This document shows, piece after piece, positions 10,732-20,411 of a DNA stretch of 64,000 bases. The stretch lies in contig JBAXME010000005.1 of NCBI GenBank assembly GCA_037134455.1, forward strand, positions 1,159 through 65,158. The letters run 5' to 3'. The notes below the pieces were generated by a model. It was not told the DNA's origin. It saw only the letters and a program-made list of their open reading frames with translations, and did not search any database. This stretch comes from Synechococcaceae cyanobacterium ELA445. Lineage in GTDB: Bacteria; Cyanobacteriota; Cyanobacteriia; PCC-6307; Cyanobiaceae. The translations under genes were made by a program, and so were the position numbers. Within the stretch, counting starts at the first letter, position 1, and each line of letters begins with the position of its first letter.

Positions 10732-11253
10732 TCAGGAACCGATCTTCAAGCTGGTCACCGTGCCGGAAACCCTGAACTGGTTGTCGTCCAGGTCAATTGG
10801 GGTTCCCACCTTGATGCTCTGGCCCCCGAACTCCACGCCCTCCTTGGTGAGCTGTCCCTGGCCCTCGAGAAGGAAACGGGCATCGAGGGTGCTGAACACC
10901 TTCTGGTTGGGGTCATCCACCGTGATCACCTGCCCGGCGGGGGTGATCGTGGAAATGCGGCGGGGCAGGGGGGTCACATCCTTGACGGTGACGCTGCCGT
11001 GGGGCTGGTTGCGAATCACGATGTTCACGCTGCCTTTCTGCTTGGTGCCGGCAATCAGGGAGGCAGGGTCAACGGCGGGGATGCCCCGCACATCAACGGT
11101 CACCGTGATTGGCTTGAGAGATCCGGTGGCCTTGGCAACCGCACCGCTCAGCTTTGGACTCCAGATCACCCCCACCAAGGCAAGGGCGACGGCAACGCCG
11201 GCGCCGATGTCCACCAGTCCGATGGAGCGACGGCTGGTATGGATGGGGGCCAT
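10732..11253 (-). CDS. DUF4330-like membrane-anchored protein
   Basis: One N-terminal TM helix, then beta-rich region ending GQSIKVGTPIDL; 1 bp from dacB. Confidence 0.7.
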   Translation of the reverse strand: MAPIHTSRRSIGLVDIGAGVAVALALVGVIWSPKLSGAVAKATGSLKPITVTVDVRGIPAVDPASLIAGTKQKGSVNIVIRNQPHGSVTVKDVTPLPRRISTITPAGQVITVDDPNQKVFSTLDARFLLEGQGQLTKEGVEFGGQSIKVGTPIDLDDNQFRVSGTVTSLKIGS

Positions 11254-11322
11254 GGAGGAACTGCAGACGCTAAAGTGTACGGAGACCCAGTGGAAGTCAC
11301 CAGGGGGCCCCGCGGGATCGCC

Positions 11323-12057
11323 TCAGCTACGCAGACCTTCGATGAAACGGTCCAGGGCCCCAAGTCCGGCGCCCACATTCAGCCCCTGCTGGTCGTCCCC
11401 AAGGGCCTCCTCCACCGCTTCGGTATCAGGTCGGGTGTCAAAGCGATGGGCAAGGCGAAAGCCATCGGGATCCTGGCGGTAGAGCTCCCAGTCACCGGGG
11501 AAGGCCCGTCGCAGGGCTGATCCGGATCGGGGCAGGAGGGCATAGGCCGCTTCCCATGTGGAGAGGAAACCGCGACGGCGTTCCCTGGCCACGCTGCCGA
11601 TCCCGACCGCCGCATCCTCCAGGCGACCGTTGAGGATCACCACCGCTCCGCCATGGGCGCGGCAGACCTGCTCCACCTCGGCATAGTCCGCCTGGGCCGG
11701 GGCCACGAGCACCAGCACGGCGGGATGGAGCTCTTCGCTGGGGGGATCAGATTCTCCGGAAGCATTCTCCTGGGGCTGGAGGCGCCGGAGCCGATCTCCA
11801 AGGCTGCCCAGCCAGGGGGCCAGCTCGGGGGCATCGCGGCGGGCCAGGGCGGCGCCACCGGCATCGGTGAACAACAGTTCGGCGATGGGGTCCGTCCCAT
11901 TAAGGGAGGCCAGCAGCCTTAGGGCCACCGGCAACACCCTCAACCCCTCAAAACGGAGCTCCACGGTCCAGCGGCCATGGCTGCGGGCGGCCAGCGCCTC
12001 CCGCAGGGCGGTCAGTGCCTGCTCCTCGGCGGTGCGCAGATCGGCGGGAAGGGCCAT
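11323..12057 (-). CDS. DUF1995 family protein
   Basis: LPADLRTAEEQA, ELRFEGLR, DAGGAALARRD and LRRAFPGDWELY; cyanobacterial/plastid family. Confidence 0.8.
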   Translation of the reverse strand: MALPADLRTAEEQALTALREALAARSHGRWTVELRFEGLRVLPVALRLLASLNGTDPIAELLFTDAGGAALARRDAPELAPWLGSLGDRLRRLQPQENASGESDPPSEELHPAVLVLVAPAQADYAEVEQVCRAHGGAVVILNGRLEDAAVGIGSVARERRRGFLSTWEAAYALLPRSGSALRRAFPGDWELYRQDPDGFRLAHRFDTRPDTEAVEEALGDDQQGLNVGAGLGALDRFIEGLRS

Positions 12058-12102
12058 GGGCAGGGGGAGAAGGGAGCGGGGGTGGATGCCTGTTCGGGGA
12101 CC

Positions 12103-13275
12103 CTACCCAGGGGTGACGGATCGTTGGGCCCGCCGCAGGGCGGCCGGCAGGGGGGCCAGGTCTTCCTTCGTCAACCAGGGGCCCAGGCTGATGCGCAGGC
12201 CTGAGGAGGCCCGAGCCGGATCCACACCCATGGCCAGGAGCACGGGGCTTGCGGTGGCCTGGCCGCTGCTGCAGGCGGTGCCGCTACTCACCGCGAAGCC
12301 CTCCTGCCAAAGAAGCCGCACCAGGCGCCGGCCCGGGAGGGGTTCTCCGCCGGGGGAGGACACCAGCAGGCTGATGTGGTGGGGAAGCCGCCGGTTGGGG
12401 CAACCGCTGAGTTCGATTCCCGGCAGGCTCAGCAACTCGGCAAGCAGATGATTTCGCAGAGACACGAGGGGATCACCGCCATAGTCCTCCCGTCGTTGGT
12501 CTGCCAGTCGCAGGGCCTCGGCGAATCCAGCGGCCAGTGCCACCGCCTCGGTGCCCCCTCGTCGCCCTCCCTCCTGGCCGCCTCCGTCCACCAGCGGCGC
12601 CAAGGGGAGACGGGGGGAGGCCACCAGGGCGCCGATGCCCCGGGGCCCCTGGAGCTTGTGGGCGGTGAAGCTGAACAGGTCCACCGCCAGGGTGGCCAGG
12701 TCGATCGAACGGTGGCCCACCACCTGGACCGCATCGGTGTGGAACAGCACTCCGGCCGCCCGACAAAGTGCCCCGATCGCCTCAATCGGCTGCAGCGTGC
12801 CCACCTCGCTCTGCCCCCAGATCACCGACACCAATCGGGTCGGAGGCGCCAGGAGACGTGGGAGCTCCTCCAGTTGGACCCGGCCCAGGCGGTCCACCGG
12901 CACGGCAACCACTTGCCATCCCAACAATTCGAGGCGGCGGGCGGCGGCCACCACGGCGGGATGCTCCACGGCCGAGATCAGCAGCCGACCCACCGGCAAG
13001 GTCGAGGCGGCCCCCAGGAGGGAGGCCTGGGCCGCCTCGGTGCCGCCCGAGCAGAAGGTCAGGGCCAAGGGGTCACAGCCCAGGCTGGTGGCGATCGACA
13101 GGCGGCTGCGCTCGAGGCAGTCGGCGGCGGCCAGGCCGAAGCCGTGAAGACTGGATGGATTGGCCCACGCCTCTCGCTGGGCCTGCGCCATCACCGCCAA
13201 CACCTCGGCCGCCGGCGGCGAGGTGGCGCAGGCGTCGAGGTAGAGGCCCTGATCAGCCGGGGACGCCGCCATCAC
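12103..13275 (-). CDS. Cysteine desulfurase (IscS/NifS-like, PLP)
   Basis: YLDACATSP, ANPSSLH, FHTDAVQ, TAHKLQGPRGIG (PLP lysine) and SSGTACSS (catalytic Cys). Confidence 0.92.
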   Translation of the reverse strand: MMAASPADQGLYLDACATSPPAAEVLAVMAQAQREAWANPSSLHGFGLAAADCLERSRLSIATSLGCDPLALTFCSGGTEAAQASLLGAASTLPVGRLLISAVEHPAVVAAARRLELLGWQVVAVPVDRLGRVQLEELPRLLAPPTRLVSVIWGQSEVGTLQPIEAIGALCRAAGVLFHTDAVQVVGHRSIDLATLAVDLFSFTAHKLQGPRGIGALVASPRLPLAPLVDGGGQEGGRRGGTEAVALAAGFAEALRLADQRREDYGGDPLVSLRNHLLAELLSLPGIELSGCPNRRLPHHISLLVSSPGGEPLPGRRLVRLLWQEGFAVSSGTACSSGQATASPVLLAMGVDPARASSGLRISLGPWLTKEDLAPLPAALRRAQRSVTPG

Positions 13276-14410
13276 GCTCCATGCGGGAGCGGGTCCGGGA
13301 CTCCAGGGAATTGGAAGCCAGGGCCAACAGGTCGTCGAGGGAGCGTTCGCTCAGCAGGTCTTCAACCCGGGCCCGGGCTTCAGCGCTGACGCAGGCTTCG
13401 GGGCGAATGCAGCCGTGGACGCAGGCAACGGAGCAGTCGATGGAAGGGGCGGGCTTGGTGCCTGCCACCACCTTCGCGGAGGCCTCGGCTTCGAGGTTGG
13501 GCCGTGGAGTGGCGCCGGCCTCCACAGGGGCCACCTCCCCTTGGCGAACCTCGTGGGCTTCCGTGGCCAGCACCCCATCGAACACCAGTTCTGCTGGGCC
13601 GGTCATGAAAACGTGGTTGCTGGCGTGATCCCAGCGAATGTGCAGGGGACCGCCGGGCAGATCCAGCCGCGCTTCGGCTTCCAGGAGCCCGAGCCTATGG
13701 AGGGCCACCAGGGAGGCGCAGGCGCCCGTACCACAGGCAAGGGTGGGACCGGCGCCCCGCTCCCACACCCGCATGCGCCCGTGGGTGGGGTTGAGCACCT
13801 GCACGAAGTGGACATTGGTGCGGGCAGGGAAGCTGGGGTGTTGCTCGAGCCAGGGCCCGTAGCGTTCCAGGGGAATGGCCTCCACATCGCTCACCGGAAC
13901 CACCACGTGGGGATTGCCCATGCCGGCGGCCGCCACGGCAAAGCGCACCCCCTCGAGTTCCAGCTCCCCCTGGGGCAGGCCCGCCGGACCCACGCCCAGC
14001 AGGGTGGGAACGGCATCAGGCTCCAGAAAGGGCTCGCCCATGTCGACCCGCACGCTGCCATCGGCCTGCAACTCAGGCACGATCCGGCCAGCGAGGGTCT
14101 CCACCTGCCAGGTGCGTCCGGGTGCATCCCCATCACTGTCCGCCAGAAAGCGGGCGAGACAGCGAATGCCGTTGCCACACATCTCCGGCTCGGTGCCGTC
14201 GGCATTGAAAATCCGCATGCGCAGTTCACCACCCGCCACCGGTGGTAGCGCCAGGATCACCCCATCCCCGCCAACACCGAAGCGTCGGTCACAGAGCTGC
14301 CGGACCAGTTCGGGAGTGAGGCCGAAGCAGAAATCGGGGTCAGTTTCCGTGCGGCCATCCAGCAGCAGGAAGTCGTTGCCCAATCCCTGGTACTTGCTGA
14401 ATTGGAGCAC
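13253..14410 (-). CDS. dapF: Diaminopimelate epimerase with a ~100-aa C-terminal extension
   Basis: FSKYQGLGNDF, EMCGNGIRC, MGNPH and WERGAGPTLACGTGAC; GTG start. Confidence 0.95.
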   Translation of the reverse strand: MLQFSKYQGLGNDFLLLDGRTETDPDFCFGLTPELVRQLCDRRFGVGGDGVILALPPVAGGELRMRIFNADGTEPEMCGNGIRCLARFLADSDGDAPGRTWQVETLAGRIVPELQADGSVRVDMGEPFLEPDAVPTLLGVGPAGLPQGELELEGVRFAVAAAGMGNPHVVVPVSDVEAIPLERYGPWLEQHPSFPARTNVHFVQVLNPTHGRMRVWERGAGPTLACGTGACASLVALHRLGLLEAEARLDLPGGPLHIRWDHASNHVFMTGPAELVFDGVLATEAHEVRQGEVAPVEAGATPRPNLEAEASAKVVAGTKPAPSIDCSVACVHGCIRPEACVSAEARARVEDLLSERSLDDLLALASNSLESRTRSRMERDGGVPG

Positions 14411-14465
14411 CCAGGTCGCCTCGACGACAGCGATGCCATCCTAGGAACGAGCTCGTCGAACTCCC

Positions 14466-14681
14466 TTGGCCCTCCTGGACACCTCCTTGCCTGGTGTGCG
14501 GCAACTGCAGAACTGGATTCGCGCCAAGACGGCCATCCGCATCCAGATCAACGACGGCACCAAGCTCGATGGCACCCTCGACTGGCAGGACATGGAGTTC
14601 CTGGCCCTGCGGCAGTCCGATGAGAAGGATCCGATTTTGATCCAACGGCTGTCCGTCAGCCTGATCCGCTCGCTCAACTGA
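14466..14681 (+). CDS. hfq: Cyanobacterial Hfq-like Sm protein
   Basis: [14 protein letters not shown]...GTLDWQD resembles cyanobacterial Hfq (Ssr3341 type); lies between dapF and leuS; TTG start. Confidence 0.85.
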   Translation: MALLDTSLPGVRQLQNWIRAKTAIRIQINDGTKLDGTLDWQDMEFLALRQSDEKDPILIQRLSVSLIRSLN

Positions 14682-14772
14682 ACCGCCCCGGGGGCGATTA
14701 GGGCTCCGGGGCTGTGGCACCATCACAGGCCAGCCCCCGAGCCCCCACCGGGGCCGGCGTCGAGCCAAGGCC

Positions 14773-17385
14773 GTGACCGAACCCACCCCCTACCAGCCCC
14801 AGGCGATCGAAGAGCGCTGGCAGAACCGCTGGCGGGAGCAGGAGCTCGAGCTCGACGCCACCCCCGTACCGGCGGGCGAACCTTTTTATGCCCTGTCGAT
14901 GTTCCCCTATCCCTCGGGGAACCTGCACATGGGCCATGTGCGCAATTACGTGATCACCGATGTGATCGCCAGGGTGCAGCGCATGCGGGGGCGCCAGGTG
15001 CTCCATCCGATGGGCTGGGATGCCTTCGGCCTGCCGGCGGAGAACGCCGCGATTGAGCGGGGGGTGAATCCGGGCGACTGGACCGACAGCAACATCGCCC
15101 AGATGCGCATCCAGCTGCAGCGCCTGGGCCTCTCGATCGACTGGGATCGGGAGGTGGCCACCTGCCACGCCACCTACTACCGCTGGACCCAGTGGCTGTT
15201 CCTGCAGTTCCTCGATGCGGGCCTGGCCTACCGCAGGGAGGCCACGGTGAATTGGGATCCCGTTGACCAGACCGTGCTCGCCAACGAACAGGTGGACGGC
15301 GAGGGTCGTTCCTGGCGTTCCGGTGCCCTGGTGGAGAAGCGGAAGCTGCGCCAATGGTTCCTGAAGATCACCGCCTACGCCGACGCCCTGCTGGACGACC
15401 TCGATCAGCTCAAGGGTTGGCCGGAACGGGTACGCACCATGCAGGCCAATTGGATCGGCCGCTCGCTGGGGGCCGAACTCAGTTTCCCCATCCTCGATGG
15501 GGCCGGCACGCCAACGGGCGAGGCGATCACCGTGTTCACCACCCGGCCCGACACGGTCTACGGGGTGAGCTATCTGGTGCTGGCACCGGAACACCCGCTG
15601 GTGCCCCAACTCACCCACGCCGACCAGGAAACTGCCGTGATCGCCTTCCGCGATCGCGTCAGCCTGCAGAGCGAACAGGAGCGCACCGCCGAGGACAAAC
15701 CCAAGCAGGGGGTCCCCCTTGGAGCCTCAGTGCGCAACCCCTTCACCGGCCAAACGGTCCCTCTCTGGATCGCCGACTACGTGTTGGCCGAGTACGGCAC
15801 CGGTGCGGTGATGGGCGTTCCCGCCCACGACCAGCGCGATTTTGTTTTTGCCCGCCGCTATGAGCTGCCGGTGAAACAGGTGATCGTTCCCGAAGGAGCC
15901 GATGAGCACGCCTATGAAGGCGGTGCCTGGACCGAGCCAGGTGTCCTGATCCACTCCGGTCCCTTCGATGGCATCGCGTCCGCCGAAGCCAAGGCCCAGA
16001 TCATTGGCCTGGCCGAAGCCCAGGGCTGGGGCCAGGGCAAGGTGCAGTTCCGCCTGCGGGACTGGCTGATTTCCCGCCAGCGCTACTGGGGCTGCCCCAT
16101 ACCCGTGATCCACTGCGACCACTGTGGTGTGGTGCCCGTACCGGAGGACCAGTTGCCGGTGGAGCTGCCCCGGGACGGGACCATCAGCGGCAAGGGGGCA
16201 TCACCTTTGGCCCAGCTGGCTTCCTGGGCTGAGGTGCCCTGCCCCAGCTGCGGGGCCCCGGCCCGGCGGGAGAGCGACACCATGGACACCTTCATGTGCT
16301 CCTCCTGGTACTACCTCCGCTACAGCGATCCCCACAACACGGCCCTGCCCTTCGGCCGCGAGGCGGTGGACCGCTGGCTGCCCGTGGACCAGTACGTGGG
16401 TGGCATCGAGCACGCCATCCTGCACCTGCTCTATTCCCGCTTCTTCACCAAGGTGTTGCGCGATCGCGGCCTGCTGGGGTTCGACGAACCCTTCCAGCGT
16501 CTGCTCACCCAGGGGATGGTGCAGGGGATCACCTACAAAAATCCCCACAGTGGCCGCTACGTGTCGCCGGCCGAGGTGAGCGATCGCACGGATCCCCGCG
16601 ATCCCGTCACCGGAGAGGTGCTGGAGGTGTTCTTCGAGAAGATGTCGAAGTCGAAGCACAACGGCGTCGATCCGGCCACCGTGATCGACCGCTACGGCGC
16701 CGACACCGCCCGCATGTTCATCCTGTTCAAGGCGCCACCGGAAAAGGATCTGGAGTGGGATGACGCCGACGTGGAGGGGCAGTTCCGCTTCCTGCAGAGA
16801 CTCTGGCGGCTGGTGGAGACGGCCCTGGCCCGCGATCTCAGCTTCGGTGGCGGAACGGCGGCGGGCGCTTCTGCGCTCCCGGCAGCCACCAACGAGCCGG
16901 AACGGGAGTTGCGCCGGGCAGTGCACACCGCCATCGCCGCCATCGATGACGATCTGGCCGACGGCCACTACCAACTCAACACGGCGGTCTCGGAGCTGAT
17001 GAAACTCAGCAACGCCATGGGAAGCACCCTGGAATCCGTGGGCGAGGAGGTGGCCAACGAAGCCCTCCAAACCCTTGTGCTGTTGCTGGCCCCCTTCGCC
17101 CCCCATCTAGCCGAAGAACTCTGGCTGCGGTTGGGGGGATCGGGCAGCGTGCACCGCCAGAGCTGGCCCCGTGCTGATGCCTCCGCCCTCGTGCGGGACA
17201 GCATCGAGTTGGTGATCCAGGTGAAGGGCAAGGTGAGGGGAAGTCTCACGGTGCCCGCCAGCGCTGATGCGGCCACCCTGGAGCGCCTCGCCCTAGCCAG
17301 CGACGTGGCCCTCAAATGGTTGGAGGGCCAGTTCCCCCGCCGGGTGATCGTGGTGCCCGGCAAGTTGGTGAACCTGGTGCCTTAA
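14773..17385 (+). CDS. leuS: Leucine--tRNA ligase
   Basis: [13 protein letters not shown] (HIGH), KMSKSK (KMSKS) and [15 protein letters not shown]. Confidence 0.98.
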   Translation: MTEPTPYQPQAIEERWQNRWREQELELDATPVPAGEPFYALSMFPYPSGNLHMGHVRNYVITDVIARVQRMRGRQVLHPMGWDAFGLPAENAAIERGVNPGDWTDSNIAQMRIQLQRLGLSIDWDREVATCHATYYRWTQWLFLQFLDAGLAYRREATVNWDPVDQTVLANEQVDGEGRSWRSGALVEKRKLRQWFLKITAYADALLDDLDQLKGWPERVRTMQANWIGRSLGAELSFPILDGAGTPTGEAITVFTTRPDTVYGVSYLVLAPEHPLVPQLTHADQETAVIAFRDRVSLQSEQERTAEDKPKQGVPLGASVRNPFTGQTVPLWIADYVLAEYGTGAVMGVPAHDQRDFVFARRYELPVKQVIVPEGADEHAYEGGAWTEPGVLIHSGPFDGIASAEAKAQIIGLAEAQGWGQGKVQFRLRDWLISRQRYWGCPIPVIHCDHCGVVPVPEDQLPVELPRDGTISGKGASPLAQLASWAEVPCPSCGAPARRESDTMDTFMCSSWYYLRYSDPHNTALPFGREAVDRWLPVDQYVGGIEHAILHLLYSRFFTKVLRDRGLLGFDEPFQRLLTQGMVQGITYKNPHSGRYVSPAEVSDRTDPRDPVTGEVLEVFFEKMSKSKHNGVDPATVIDRYGADTARMFILFKAPPEKDLEWDDADVEGQFRFLQRLWRLVETALARDLSFGGGTAAGASALPAATNEPERELRRAVHTAIAAIDDDLADGHYQLNTAVSELMKLSNAMGSTLESVGEEVANEALQTLVLLLAPFAPHLAEELWLRLGGSGSVHRQSWPRADASALVRDSIELVIQVKGKVRGSLTVPASADAATLERLALASDVALKWLEGQFPRRVIVVPGKLVNLVP

Positions 17386-17419
17386 GCCAGGCCACCGGCC
17401 TCAGAGACCGAAACCGATG

Positions 17420-17660
17420 AGCCTGGGTGGCCTCGAGAGGCCTGGTGTGGGGGATGAACAGATCCAAGGGGATCTCGCCCCGCTCCCCGCCGAAGGCGGA
17501 CCGCCGTCCTATCCGACCCGTCACCTACTGGAAGGGACGGGTGGAGATCTCCTCTCCGGCCAGGCCGTGGATCATGGATCAGCCCCAGCCCGGGTAGCAG
17601 GTCTCCAGGGCAGCGCCCACAACCTCCATGCTGCCGGTGCAGTTGAAGGAGGAGCGGGTG
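17420..17660 (-). pseudogene. frmA: Relic of S-(hydroxymethyl)glutathione dehydrogenase / class III ADH (C-terminal fragment)
   Basis: Minus frame reads [70 protein letters not shown]. This matches the FrmA signature GWG...[22 protein letters not shown]. Stops at 17579-17581 (TGA) and 17525-17527 (TAG). Confidence 0.85.
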
Positions 17661-17664
17661 CGGA

Positions 17665-19275
17665 TCAAGGGCGTGCACCGTACTGAACGGTGAGGGAGAG
17701 GGGATCGGCCCAGTCACCGGTGGCGACGTAGCCCCGTGGGTTGGCGACCAGACGCCGCAGGATCCAGAACGCCGGCTCCGGACTATCCAGGCCCAGACTC
17801 ACCTGAATCTGCTCCAGGCTGCGGGGCAGACCATCGGCCAGCAGCCCCTCAACGCTGGCCTGGAGCGCCAGCACCTTGGCAGCCGCTTTCTTGCCCGCTT
17901 CGACACCGGGCTGGTGGTAGGCATTCACATCCACCAGCTCGCCATAGAGGCCAACGGCCCGCTCGAACAGGGCAATCAGGGCCCCCAGGCTGCGCTCGTC
18001 GAAGCGCCGCAGGGTGAGCGACAGGCTCTGGCGCCCCCCTTCGCTCAGGGCGGAACGGGTGCCCTGCAGGAAGCCGTCGAGCACATCGCCGGGATGCTCC
18101 CCCCCCAGGGGAGCGATGTCAGCTGGATCCTCCAGCACCTCGAGGAAGGTGACGAAGAAGTTGTCGAGCCCGTCCCGCAGTTGCTGGACGTAGGCGTGTT
18201 GGTCGGTGGATCCCTTGTTGCCGTAAACAGCCAGGCCCTGATGCACCACATGCCCCTGGCGGTCGAGCTTCTTGCCCAACGACTCCATCACCAGCTGCTG
18301 CAGGTAGCGGCTGAACACCTCCAGGCGATCGCGGTAGGGGAGCACCACCATGTCGCGGCGACCCTGACCATCCCCGGACGCGTACCAGGCCGCCGCCAGC
18401 AGGGCGGCAGGATTCGAGCGCACATCGGCCCCACGGGTGGCCCCGTCCATGACAGCCGCCCCATCGAGGTAGGCCCGCAGATCAGCGCCGATCAGGGCCG
18501 CCGGCAGGAGCCCCACGGCACTGGTGATGCTGGTGCGACCCCCCACCCAGTCGAACAGGTCAAAACGGGCGAGCCATGCCTCCGCCTCCGCTTGCCGGTC
18601 CAATTGGCTGCCCAGCATGGTGACGGCCACCGCCTGGGCGGCCCAGGTGCCGCCCAGGGCCTCCAGCCTGGCTCGGGCCTGTTCCTGACCTATGCGGGGT
18701 TCGGGGGTCCCCCCCGACTTGCTCACAACGATCACCAGGGTGGAACGCAGGCGCTCACCGAGGCCCGCCAGCACACGGCTGAAGCCCTCCGGATCCACAT
18801 TGTCAAAGAAGTGGAACGGCAGGCCGATCCCCTGCCTTTGCAGGGCCTTGAGGATCAGCAGTGGTCCGAGGCCTGAACCGCCGATGCCAATCCAGAGCAC
18901 ATCGGTGAAGGCCGTACCACCGGGGGCCGCGATCGTGCCGTCGATGACCGCCCGACCGAAGGTCTCGATCCGATCGATTTCGGCGCGGATGTGGTCGGCC
19001 GTGGCGGCATCGGGCGCCAGCTCAGGAGCCCGTAGCCAGTAATGGCCCACCTGGCGCTGCTCATCGGCGTTGGCGATGGCCCCCCGTTCCAGGGCCGCCA
19101 TGGCAGCAAAAGCCCGTTGGAATCCTGGCTCCAGACGCTCGAGCTGGGCTGCATCCAGGTCCATCCGGCTGACGTCGAGCCAGAAGCCGAGATCCTCGTG
19201 GTGCCACAGAAGGGAGCAGAACCGTTGCCACTGCTCAGGCGGCGATGCGTTGCTGGAGTCCGGAAGCAAGGTCAT
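17665..19275 (-). CDS. pgi: Glucose-6-phosphate isomerase
   Basis: IGIGGSGLGP, SKSGGTPET-like motif, DWVGGRTS, QQLVMESLGK and QPGVEAGK. Likely start 19275 (or 19302), not the ORF limit at 19680. Confidence 0.96.
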   Translation of the reverse strand: MTLLPDSSNASPPEQWQRFCSLLWHHEDLGFWLDVSRMDLDAAQLERLEPGFQRAFAAMAALERGAIANADEQRQVGHYWLRAPELAPDAATADHIRAEIDRIETFGRAVIDGTIAAPGGTAFTDVLWIGIGGSGLGPLLILKALQRQGIGLPFHFFDNVDPEGFSRVLAGLGERLRSTLVIVVSKSGGTPEPRIGQEQARARLEALGGTWAAQAVAVTMLGSQLDRQAEAEAWLARFDLFDWVGGRTSITSAVGLLPAALIGADLRAYLDGAAVMDGATRGADVRSNPAALLAAAWYASGDGQGRRDMVVLPYRDRLEVFSRYLQQLVMESLGKKLDRQGHVVHQGLAVYGNKGSTDQHAYVQQLRDGLDNFFVTFLEVLEDPADIAPLGGEHPGDVLDGFLQGTRSALSEGGRQSLSLTLRRFDERSLGALIALFERAVGLYGELVDVNAYHQPGVEAGKKAAAKVLALQASVEGLLADGLPRSLEQIQVSLGLDSPEPAFWILRRLVANPRGYVATGDWADPLSLTVQYGARP

Positions 19276-19498
19276 TGCGGCGGCCGACAACCTGGGTGGC
19301 ATAGGCCTAAATCTATCCACGGACCGCTTCAGCGAATGCCTCAGACCGTTGCTGGGCCAAAAGCGGTTGCCAACAGAAACCGGGCTGCACCCGGAGTGAT
19401 GCCACACCGATGGGACAGACGAAGGTCTGCCCCATCGGCGTGAGCCCCAGTTGGCTATAGACCCAAAATAGTGGTAATTCGTTAACGTTTTTGTCGCA

Positions 19499-20368
19499 TT
19501 GCTGCCGAACTTGGCCCACGGTCGTTCCAGCCCCACCCGGTCGCCGTTGTGGCGGCATGGGTTGGTGGGCCTAGGCGTCGCCCTGGCCGTGGGATTGGGC
19601 CTCGAAGGATCCAGCTCGCTCCGCCTGGGCATGGGCAACAGCGTCCTCACTGAACCCGGTCTCACCGCCAGTGTCGGCACCGACAGCAGCAGCGCCCTGG
19701 CCCTGAGCGGTGAAGGTCAGCGGCCTGACCCCACTGACTTCAGTCCCCAGGAATTGCGGGAACTGCAGCAGCGTTTCGGCGTTCATGGTCCCCAGACCCC
19801 CCTGGCCCAGCTGTTCACCCGAGGGCTCGATGAACTCACCCCCCTGCGGGCCCACACGCTGGGGCGCCTGGAGGAACTGAGGCCCACGATCCTGAGCGAG
19901 AGCAAGCGCATGGGGGTCAACCCGATGCTGGTGGCTGCGATCCTGTTTGATGAGATGCAGCACGCCAAACCAGGCGAGGACCTGCCCCTGGCGGCCCATT
20001 CAGGCCTGTTCACGACCCACGGCCCCGCCCAGCTCGGCCTGAGCGAGATGGTTCATCAGGGGCTGCTTCGGGAGGATGCTTCGCTCGAGGAAATCCAGGC
20101 GGCCCGGGAACAACTGTTGGATCCCCGCCGCAACGTGCAGCTTCTGGTGGGCAAGCTGGCCCGCCTGCAGCGCGTTCTAGGAATCGAGCCCGGCCGCCGC
20201 CTGGACGCCAGCAGCCGGCCCCGGGATGCCAAGGCCATTGCCACCCTTGCCTATCTCCACAACGGCAAGCTCGATTACCCCACCCGGCTGCTGCGCTATC
20301 TGCAGGATCCCGAGCTGCACGCCCTGATCTACTCCGGTCGCAAGCAGGCGATCACCGTCCTCATTTGA
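19499..20368 (+). CDS. Exported hypothetical protein with lysozyme/lytic-transglycosylase-like motifs
   Basis: N-terminal hydrophobic helix; LVAAILFDE, HGPAQL, LDPRRNV and LAYLHNG resemble SLT motifs. Confidence 0.6.
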   Translation: MLPNLAHGRSSPTRSPLWRHGLVGLGVALAVGLGLEGSSSLRLGMGNSVLTEPGLTASVGTDSSSALALSGEGQRPDPTDFSPQELRELQQRFGVHGPQTPLAQLFTRGLDELTPLRAHTLGRLEELRPTILSESKRMGVNPMLVAAILFDEMQHAKPGEDLPLAAHSGLFTTHGPAQLGLSEMVHQGLLREDASLEEIQAAREQLLDPRRNVQLLVGKLARLQRVLGIEPGRRLDASSRPRDAKAIATLAYLHNGKLDYPTRLLRYLQDPELHALIYSGRKQAITVLI

Positions 20369-20411
20369 CCGAGGCTCCAGTGGGCAGGCCCGGCACTCGC
20401 TTGCCAACACC

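Noticed and set aside
17525-17581. Stop-codon recoding (Sec/Pyl) in the frmA fragment
   Set aside because: The stops replace non-catalytic residues, and the gene also lacks its N-terminus and has an internal deletion. This is ordinary decay.
17417-17717. ORFs 17417..17686 (+) and 17382..17717 (-) as real small genes
   Set aside because: They are the antisense shadow and an off-frame reading of the frmA relic.
19276-19680. 135-aa N-terminal extension of Pgi in the ORF track
   Set aside because: No Pgi similarity; it runs through the intergenic promoter and overlaps the opposite-strand gene at 19499.
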